Positions 60,501 to 64,000 of a stretch of 64,000 nt of DNA are shown piece after piece. The translations under genes and the position numbers were made by a program. Where the stretch lies: the IMG/VR virus record IMGVR_UViG_3300016472_000923. One strand, written 5' to 3'. This DNA comes from a virus. The notes below the pieces were generated by a model, which made no database searches, was not told where the DNA came from, and was given only the letters and a program-made list of their open reading frames with translations. Position 1 is the stretch's first letter, and every line of letters starts with the position of its first letter.

Positions 60501-60846
60501 AGGCAATTTGTTGCCTGCTGAATATCAAGATCGATATGTCATAGCCAACGAATTGGCCAATGGCACGCAGACAGTTTTCGTGGCCGATGATATTTCGATC
60601 GTGGGAATTGACAGCACAGAACTCATTGAAGCTGTACGGGTCTTTGTGGGAGGAATCTTGCAAACTACCGGTTACACAGTGACCGGCGCCGATCCAGTCA
60701 CTGTGCAGTTCGCCACAGCGCCTACGCAAGGATATCAGGTCAGCATACAGGTATTGCAAGGTCAGAGCTGGTATGCAGCACAGGGCGATGGAATACCGTT
60801 GCAGGACCAGCAAACCCGGGCAGCAAGGTTTATCAGGGGTGATTGA
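45586..60846 (+). CDS. Giant (5086 aa) baseplate wedge/appendage protein (gp7 position)
   Basis: Uninterrupted ORF after gp6; LLPEIFRT N-terminus, YIQEVKPYHT, FG-GAP-like repeats, V.(L/V)NG/ND...DY modules, W.....Y..G carbohydrate-binding-like modules. Confidence 0.75.
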   Translation: MVQRRTVDLLPEIFRTETNRQFLAATLDQLTAEPNLKRTQGYVGRRVGPGVNPADNYVTEPTATRQDYQLEPAVTFFEPETNRAVDAITYPGMIDALNLLGADTQRQDRLWQSQYYTWDPFCDLDKFVNYSQYYWLPAGPDSVDIFTGTVPLTDAWEVTRGQSAYTFSDVPGQNPTLTLVRGGNYTFTVNQTGTPFYIQAAPGISGLMPGTNNISSRTVLGVINNGEDNGTVTFDVPLKDAQSFYTNMPFIGQAAGKPAGTVDLVTDLKFDQINNVYLNSFLAANPSGIDGVRGLDGLTVAFLNSEPDAESGGWLRTTQFDPTTQMTFTVPTGTRSGEISVVSATVDTLNDTATFYFAAISGSAPFTPGCQIQTTGASPSSYNGTWTVLSCTVDSVTVDAVGLITTAWTSGGSLQGLGRFQNLTTTTPGAGVGALLTVDLPPGSGSYSDLGTTISVAAAGSGYAVGDIIVISGSQLGGTSPANDLSLIVTAVSENGQIGSFDTQTYDQTSVLPVADRYSVWLIQYQYDNDGNAILNLTSVLAVSQLTKFRVLFGDQYANTAWYKNASGYFEQIPLLTASLDTLYYQDATNPLLFGKLQLVDQADFTPINIDDIIGAKNYTSPNGVIFTNGLKIQFRGTTNPSNYSNLEYYIEGVGSGPGVDARVGFIDGEAYFGPWHYYLGQKLTGSVHSDTTFQQYIYDTVAESLSNQGAGYPEGAPLPNEPQLGATIGNGIKLLPVTDFVTPETYTVSATIPFDSLPYDVGNYDSTLNAPVVPDYLTVNRASRDLNAWTRSNRWFHRDVIQATADYNGQIAVFDNAARAKRPVIEFRANMRLWNTGTQGKQPVNIIDFTQLNALLNVNGSTFYATDGYPLVDGSTIIFAADQDPDVRNRVYLVRFIDPDGVSTTAPIIDLIPLPFGQALVDQNVVILSGNTLQGKSYRFDGTDWVSAQQKTSVNQAPLWDVFDSLGRSLGDRDAYPSTTFEGTKLFGYALGGTSQTDEVLGFALKYLNINNVGDIVFDNYFYNDTFLYVQNNVSTTENISAGTARQYIDRTLFSDLIGWQTAAQENRSRQIFRFVFDGTPLILDVPIDQESVFAPLQIFQGTEFIDPTQYSVTLPGDGSTVITLTDSPIIGEIIEVQAISDVASAVAFYQVPLNLENNPLNEDSSSFTLGTIRTHYQGIGQNLRTIQGPIDGANNTRDLGDILIYGDNIVQHSSPLTLAGSFLRRRQYEAAAAIQFNSNEYQKFKARLISLATNGDYVNNTPTQVLDTVLDEISSTRTDISPFYWSDMLPHGGNYITTTYTYSVISTPTFPTQLTYNFTQSNYQALSVYLNGTLLQRGIDYTVAEDAANFTITATLAVGDIIVVREYSTTYGSYVPNTPTKMGLYGAYRPEIYLDETYVTPTLCIRGHDGSVTVAYGDYRDDVLLEFENRIYNNLKIVTPVPLTVDEVVPGQFRETEYSLQEINTILAPDFLSWIGWNKLNYTEQTYLGDNGFTWNYSQSANKLSGEPLLGAWRGIYNYFYDTIYPNTRPWEMLGFSEEPTWWQDYYGPAPYTSGNTVLWQDLAQGLVRDPNGEYVLPQYVRPELLSVIPSDTEGALIPPIDSTVGNYDQTSFRRSWTFGDDGPVESSWRTSSAWPFAVMRLLMLTKPAKFFSLFADRDRYVFDQTLDQYLWNQRYRLNSSDLGPLYGDGTSRASYINWVIDYNRQLGVNSTDVLTDFLANTDVRLAWRVAGFTDKRLMKIYTERSTPNSQNASLLLPDESYQILLYKNQPFQQTAYSSIIVQTTTDGWQVFGYSAFAPYFQILTSIPNGNTFLVEAGGASARIALDHSDQVVQVPYGYTFTNRTAVCDFIYSYGLFLSQQGFVVNTQENGYIMDWVQMCQEFLYWSNQGWAPNSIINLNPGAVKISVTSPGAVVDSLVDLRPENLVLNQNRQPLPSSELVIERLDNTFVAQTLSSNTINYLNVNLTAYEHLVVLDNVSIFADLIYQPVTGARQSRVLVSGYISGDWNGTVNAPGFVLNQSGSIIEWVPNQKYTKGQIVKFKNEYWAASTIIEPSQEFDYTLWLKSDFDEIMQGLLPNAANASDQLAQAYSVFSANLESEVDLFSYGLIGFRPREYMQALNISDVSQVQLYQQFLGSKGTLRSAEIFSYADLGKETAQYDIYEYWAINRAEYGATANRNYIELRLKQQNLLSDPSLIQVIDPAQTSEADETVLISEIWKSSDVITSPDYLPTTLISAADAVFPTAGYVNLDDVDFSVMELRNATPAELSITGSGDTVWVAKVNNYDWSVYRIQSLVPVVVAVSDNLDGQSLVQFNQNHGLVAGDWLIIREFNDTVNGAYRITSVPSLSTVLINLLITGQQTTITGTGIAYTLQTARVAQASDVASLPYANILTAGNRAWVDDDGTGHWEVLEKTDVFSLNDQTQFSPETPLANDRYGTSLTQGFYNLAAMVGAPGYLVAGDDSALKPAGGVYLYTKASATAGFEFNYIQILTTPDTAGYGSSMDMGDQTWAVIGAPGSDAERGYAAVIYNPPTSTAFTQTQLLLGAPEDRFATSLSVTNNERWIYVGAPGNDRVYAYARIDVESQSVRYVTTGLTATFNYSNNIVVDESSAADQLVVLLNDQELVPGVDYITGVGSVLLTSTPVVGQTLVISRRANVTYIGDGSTTTFSVDNIYTLADLVNQPEAVTVFVNDVLQRLDIDYVITGAGEVDFMVAPTLGSPIRLLSGTYFRRVHTIQGTTLSSPAQSGSEFGRSVATTTNGRSAIIGCPYQDVTVDGDTFVDAGQVFIVNRSVQNLQVTDASTQTYASVRDLSATNAPISVQVNGTYLVEDNGYNLAPQYSVNYAANTVTIDGIDLSVGDVITIESNNFDLVQVISSDSPSTGAQFGWDVDQCINNCSVYIGAPQDSTILPKAGRVEFWQNSARVFGTITSPVAGEISLTADQYISINGYLVQLSDPPNHDSNATYIAGDIVASGSNLFIAQSSVPSGTAITETAYWRPINWSKVLSQDIIDAAVPNATASVTADLDFIGDATTKQFTIGSLYDSTDTPLVYVNNVKKTVNVDYTIDTVEGTLDFVTAPASDAVITVIGSQLVVSVINAAAAPAGNKLEIVPGSSADGTTAGTLFQDLEFDTNDYVAIQTITSPLPQDYAYFGYSVFISDRTTDLVVGAPNASVIQPTTFDDNTTVFDAQSTTFFNSISNSGVVYTFDYLSSSTNTQANPGQFAFGQQIYDQNIDSGDEFGAALNYTTGVLLVGSPGTDVNGETNAGDIHEFNNVSQLPAWTVIRRQTPVVDIDLMNTIFIYDRITNAPKQYFDFFDPLQGKLLGVVRQNIDYIGAVDPAAYNVGSLNNYGQRWAQDRVGQMWWDTNNCRFIDPNQDDIVYASRRWGQLFPGSTVDVYQWTANNVPPAQYTGSGTVKDVNSYSVTSAINEQGLFETTYYYWVRSVRQVNRAARKTLSAETVARYIENPKASGISYLAPINASTVAIYNGLPYIQAEDTILHIEYDQELNDDAVHTEFALIPQDRADGFLDAQLYRKWQDSFCGVDSTGNPVPNPLAPISQKYGTAFRPRQSMFVNRFLALENYLTQANSVMAALPIAEIREFPLLFSEEPIPPAGSGAWDAQVANYTELTYQNLDQVPLGYLYLVDIDSNNDDLWTIYEVTQGLTPGSRELALVRVQNYNTRLYWDYIDWYAEGFSALDTVSVEVANYADLASLSVSSGTLVKVTNNNRGKYEIYQYDGSIWIRVALEDGTIAINPEIWDYGIGRFGFDVEVFDAQYFDQEPVIETRKIIQALNEEIFIDDLAIERNRLLILMFNYILVEQEAPLWLTKTSLVDVDHKVRELLPFQIYRADNQDFVLNYIQEVKPYHTQIREFNLIYQGSDVFQGTVTDFDVPAYWNTAEGMFISPVLDDNANVPLSTTSSVPSSDPIWQTLPWSQWFQNYLLTFESITVIDGGSGYTDPPEVIIGEAWQPSTTYAQGQQFYYDGRLYTVQQPGVTGIVAPTFSSGTRLNGTALLAYAGEQAQATAIVSSAGVVLSITLTNAGSGYLTTPMIVLSGGNGTGARATAVLANPLVRGLTTTIKYDRYQYSSDITDWTANVSYSQGTQVRYAGEVWEADATVSSAAFDPDDWTVVPAGDLSGVDRTQGYYDPSVNMPGRDLALLMTGIDYPGVQVDAPDFDANAGFDVGNFDIYPFDNLILGPEGLPTYDPSILDAIYESSFTDIYLGTRVTDINVDGGQFVDTYSSHAPEELIPGAIFDTLDLRVYTTPGADWTGDGHGFPLYVITAPYDGSPISWSGLLDNPFVVLVYNESTGQRLIEGENYTVDWVNFTITVTQGITLGNFLTVKVFGLGGGNQIFVTNVVGDDTDSYTIDIDYNLINSMVIFQDGVETADYTYAPRYETSGVTTGISSVSGQVLAVTSTVGIVEGSLVGNPGYTSGQTVTSIVDSTSVVTSAGPDSAPSGQVTFRPYTYTTQIEFGSEIPATSRLSISALGSGDPTTNSWSTPVVTNYTAASGLTFPLTVAQTQGTNPVNLIVDVNGLRARPAEGVQYISDGSTVTYTLPLRGGYLTGGFNLGNVVTGNVSVYIDNDPLPNTDWVLDAYVANSETRSITLDSAAGNDSVILISVDYAADYVVNGNNLIWKTSDPNVVGPSISVVPSIGDTVSITTFNDTAEQNLLTQVFQGPTTEGVFVGEGFDFGTANSSPGSYDYAGIYSTTGSNVIVGADRLCDGIVYTIINSGNTNFTLYGAASNAALTVFTANVTANGNVAIFGTGTVSTLAYERSAASDANNGQPDSFDFANVVPVETNRFDIGQTITDDGRLTVTLDSYYLTPGQDFVTEGSNLVILGPVISSAMVLSVTSMTNTAIPGSEAFRIFQDMRGQQLSYRITAETSTALAADLSAVGDVIYVENASHLSEPNLELGLLGQITINGERILYRQRDTVANTVSGLRRGTSGTGAADHSAGTPVYDIGIGNLLPAEYQDRYVIANELANGTQTVFVADDISIVGIDSTELIEAVRVFVGGILQTTGYTVTGADPVTVQFATAPTQGYQVSIQVLQGQSWYAAQGDGIPLQDQQTRAARFIRGD

Positions 60847-60865
60847 TCAAGGTAAATATAGCATC

Positions 60866-61018
60866 ATGGTAGACACGAATTTAAACAAAGAACAGAGATT
60901 AGAGCAACATATCAAGGTGCCGGCTACTCCCAATGAATCTGGGCGGTTAGAAGTACAGGATCATGTTCGTATCTTTGACCCCAATACCAAAGAAACCCTG
61001 CTGGAGAAAAGAGCATGA
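60866..61018 (+). CDS. 50-aa protein resembling the N-terminus of the next gene
   Basis: ATG 7 nt after TAAATA (60853-60858); VRIFDPNTKETLLEKR; ATGA overlap with the next gene. Confidence 0.6.
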   Translation: MVDTNLNKEQRLEQHIKVPATPNESGRLEVQDHVRIFDPNTKETLLEKRA

Positions 61019-61635
61019 TGACCATTGGCCCGGCCCGCATCGAGGGGTTCCTCAAAATTTTTGATCCTAACACACAAGAAGTACTGGTTGAAAAGAAAAA
61101 TGCCATCCATTATGAAAATATGAGTATCGCACTGGCGCAGAGCTTGGCAGAATATTTTGTGGCCGGTCAGCAAGTGGGGTATATTTACAGCATGGCATTT
61201 GGCAATGGTGGATCTGCAGTGGATCCCACTGGAGTGATAACTTATTTGCCGCCCAATACCACGGGACAAAATGCAGATCTTTACAACGAGACATACAGCA
61301 AAGTGGTCAACCAAAATTCTGCTGCTAACACAGATCCCAGCCGCAACAAGATGACTGTGCTGCACACTTCCGGCACGGTCTACACTGATATTTTGGTTTC
61401 ATGTTTGCTGGACTACGGAGAACCAGCAGGGCAGCAGGCATTCGATAACAGCACCAATTTCAATGGAGAATTTGTGTTTGACGAACTGGGATTGAAATCC
61501 TGGGAAGGTGCCAGCGATGATCTCATGCTGATCACTCATGTGATCTTCCATCCGGTGCAGAAAAGTTTAAACCGCCAGATACAGATAGATTACACTGTGC
61601 GGATACAAACACTGACTAATTTGAGTGCTGCATAA
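61015..61635 (+). CDS. Baseplate/fibre-attachment protein (gp8 position)
   Basis: NAIHYENMS, MAFGNGG, FDELGL, THVIFHPVQKS..R.I.I.YT. Confidence 0.6.
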   Translation: MMTIGPARIEGFLKIFDPNTQEVLVEKKNAIHYENMSIALAQSLAEYFVAGQQVGYIYSMAFGNGGSAVDPTGVITYLPPNTTGQNADLYNETYSKVVNQNSAANTDPSRNKMTVLHTSGTVYTDILVSCLLDYGEPAGQQAFDNSTNFNGEFVFDELGLKSWEGASDDLMLITHVIFHPVQKSLNRQIQIDYTVRIQTLTNLSAA

Positions 61636-61686
61636 ATATGGGTAGATTAATCAGCCATAAATACAAACAGGACGGAGTAAACTAAC

Positions 61687-62919
61687 ATGGCATATACCAT
61701 TACACTGACAGATGGCACCATATTTGCTACCATAGCAGATGGTACTATCAATACCTCATCCAGCATGACGCTGGTAGGTAAGAACTACGCCGGCTACGGC
61801 CAGTTCCTCGACACCAACTACATTCGCTTGTTGGAAAATAGCAGCAATGCCACAGCACCCAGCGCACCGTTGACTGGCCAGCTATGGTGGAATACCACCA
61901 GCGATGTCATGCAGGTGTACACCGGAACAGCTTGGAAGACAATTTCATCTGCCACTGCTTCAGCATCAGCCCCCACCAACAATGTCACAGGTGACCTTTG
62001 GTGGGATACAACCAACCAACAGCTCAACGCATGGAACGGCTCAAACTTCGTCCTGGTCGGTCCTGCTTCAGGTGGCAATGCTGGTACCACAGGCGCCATC
62101 GCTATCACCACAGACAACGGTGCAGGCAGCCCACGCTACATCACAGGCTTATACTCGGCCAACGTTCTTGTGGCAACAGTCAGTCAATATACCACAGCTT
62201 TCAGCCCCAGCACTCCTCCTTCGGGCGCAGGTGCAGGTTTTGCCACAATCAATCCTGGCGTGCAACTCAGCAGCACCGTCACTGGTGCTGTGCTCACAGG
62301 CACTTCGACTGATTCGAACTCTTTGGGTACATATGCTGCCGGCCAGTATCTACGCCTGACCAACACCAACGAACAAGTTACCAACGGTAACGTGGCTGTG
62401 GGTAGCGGAAGTTACACTGGTGCGATCCTCAAAGTATACAACATCGAGAATCTCGGTAGCAACGGCGCTGGCAACATCGGTACAGCCAGTAGCTATTTCA
62501 ATCGTGTGTTCGCCACATCGTCTTCGGCACTGTATGCTGACGTGGCTGAGAGATTTGCTGCAGATGAAATCATGCAACCGGGCACAGTGGTAGAACTGGG
62601 CGGCTCAGCTGAAATCACTCGTGCTCGCACAGAATTGAGCGAAGAAGTATTTGGTGTAGTGAGCACTCGTGCTGCCTATCTCATGAATGCCGGGGCAGGC
62701 GAAGATCACACACACCCTCCCATCGCGATGACTGGACGAGTTCCAGTTTTAGTGATTGGTTCAGTGAAAAAAGGCGATCGCCTGGTTTCAGCCGGCGAAG
62801 GACTTGCTAGAGCCGCCAGGGTTGGAGAAGCGACAGCTTTTAACACCATTGGTCGATCTTTGCAAGACAAACACAGCACTGAGCACGGCATGGTAGAGGC
62901 TATAGTAACAATCAAATAG
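61687..62919 (+). CDS. Baseplate-attached fibre with C-terminal IMC chaperone domain
   Basis: LVGKNYAGYG...LLEN...PLTGQLWW, GDLWWD; C-terminal ALYADVAE...PGTVV...IAMTGRVPV. Confidence 0.7.
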   Translation: MAYTITLTDGTIFATIADGTINTSSSMTLVGKNYAGYGQFLDTNYIRLLENSSNATAPSAPLTGQLWWNTTSDVMQVYTGTAWKTISSATASASAPTNNVTGDLWWDTTNQQLNAWNGSNFVLVGPASGGNAGTTGAIAITTDNGAGSPRYITGLYSANVLVATVSQYTTAFSPSTPPSGAGAGFATINPGVQLSSTVTGAVLTGTSTDSNSLGTYAAGQYLRLTNTNEQVTNGNVAVGSGSYTGAILKVYNIENLGSNGAGNIGTASSYFNRVFATSSSALYADVAERFAADEIMQPGTVVELGGSAEITRARTELSEEVFGVVSTRAAYLMNAGAGEDHTHPPIAMTGRVPVLVIGSVKKGDRLVSAGEGLARAARVGEATAFNTIGRSLQDKHSTEHGMVEAIVTIK

Positions 62920-62927
62920 GATCTGAC

Positions 62928-63941
62928 ATGACTTATACAGCAGGATCAACAATATTAGCCGATGATTACAACTCGTTTGTCAATAACGGTGTAGGCGGCA
63001 ATTCCAATATAGACATCAATGAGGTTTGGAATCTCAGTGCAACAGTGGGATATGGTCAGACTGCTCTGTCGACCGTTACTGGTGGATCTACTCAGACCAT
63101 CACTGCCACACAGTGGGCCAGCCTGGTTAATACCTTGGCTAACATTGGTGCGCACCAAGGAACCACGCTGACTAGCCGTACCGCGCCTGTAGCTGGTAAT
63201 ACCATAACGATTCTTGCCAATCTTGCCACAGATATCACCAGCTGCCGCAACAATGCTGCCAACGCTGCCTCGCAGGGCACGGAATACGGAATATTTTCCG
63301 GTACTACCAGCAAGACCACTGCCACTGGTTCGGGCACCACGGCTTGGACTATCACTTTTACCCACACTGTGACTTTTGCCAACAACACTGCCTTCCGGAA
63401 TTTCTTCAATGCTGGCGGTACCGTGAAATGGCAGACCAACAAGTCGTCTACAGGTACCGAAGCCGACGATGAGTGGAACGACTTGGCCAGCAACTTGTCT
63501 GGTAACATCATCATCAGCCGCGGTGAAGGCAACAGTTACATCAGTGGTGTCAACTACACTGGAACATACCTCACCGGCAACGGCTCCCCGGCATTCGCCA
63601 TATCACCTACCATCGGTGCATTCAATCTCACAACCACACCCACGACCACGTATCAACACTACGCTGATACTCCTCCATATACCAGCCAATTCATCCAATT
63701 GCAAGCCAGTGTGGACAGCAACAGTTCCCCCACGGTGATCACCCTGTCAACTGTGTGGTCGGATCCGGGCGGTTCCAGTGCAGGATCCACGGATGCTATC
63801 ACCGGTGGTACAGCTACAACATCGCCCAGCACAACAATCACCGGTACTGCACCCACGACGCTGGTCACATATACCCCGCCCGAAACTACATATCTCGTCA
63901 ACACCTGGGGTACACCTACTATTGCTGCTTCGGTGGCATAG
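62928..63941 (+). CDS. Virion structural protein (T/S/G-rich)
   Basis: MTY..G..I.A.DYN start, GYGQT, FFNAGG; last gene of the late operon. Confidence 0.6.
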   Translation: MTYTAGSTILADDYNSFVNNGVGGNSNIDINEVWNLSATVGYGQTALSTVTGGSTQTITATQWASLVNTLANIGAHQGTTLTSRTAPVAGNTITILANLATDITSCRNNAANAASQGTEYGIFSGTTSKTTATGSGTTAWTITFTHTVTFANNTAFRNFFNAGGTVKWQTNKSSTGTEADDEWNDLASNLSGNIIISRGEGNSYISGVNYTGTYLTGNGSPAFAISPTIGAFNLTTTPTTTYQHYADTPPYTSQFIQLQASVDSNSSPTVITLSTVWSDPGGSSAGSTDAITGGTATTSPSTTITGTAPTTLVTYTPPETTYLVNTWGTPTIAASVA

Positions 63942-63969
63942 TTATTGATTTGGTAAAAAAGAAGTAAAT

Positions 63970-63997
63970 TCTAGGGCCTAGCGCCCTAGACTTTTTT
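63970..63997 (+). terminator. Rho-independent terminator
   Basis: TCTAGGGC-CTAGC-GCCCTAGA-CTTTTTT. Confidence 0.8.
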
Positions 63998-64000
63998 GTA

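Noticed and set aside
1-64000. tRNA/rRNA genes, integrase, transposase, terminase, tail sheath or tube genes
   Set aside because: None recognised in this window; the missing core genes probably lie elsewhere in the genome

Overview
A 64-kb segment of a large T4-related (jumbo, Rak2/GAP32-like architecture) myophage genome using the standard genetic code. It holds most of the virion morphogenesis region. That includes neck gp14/gp15-like genes, a fibre/appendage cluster, the head module (gp23, gp22, gp21, core proteins, gp20 portal) and a tape-measure-like protein with an M15 peptidase. It also has a gp26-like chaperone and the baseplate module (tube-fold initiator, gp53-, gp27-, gp5-, gp25-, gp6-like, and a 5086-aa wedge protein). 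A recombination/transcription block (gp55, gp47, radical SAM, gp46, GIY-YIG nuclease) lies between the chaperone and the baseplate module. About 18 TAAATA late-promoter boxes and several intrinsic terminators are visible. The most notable unexplained element is a ~440-nt ORF-poor region (25854-26299) directly 3' of a minimal 146-aa GIY-YIG gene. By hand it folds on the minus strand into a multi-helix, probably pseudoknotted RNA with two GUGUGAC-N10-GGAUGAUG units flanking a GNRA hairpin, making it a candidate nuclease + ncRNA system. Second is a clean -1 slippery site (T TTT TTC) that would fuse the gp26-like gene to the next ORF, as in lambda G/GT. All family assignments come from motif recognition and gene order; no database search was run.
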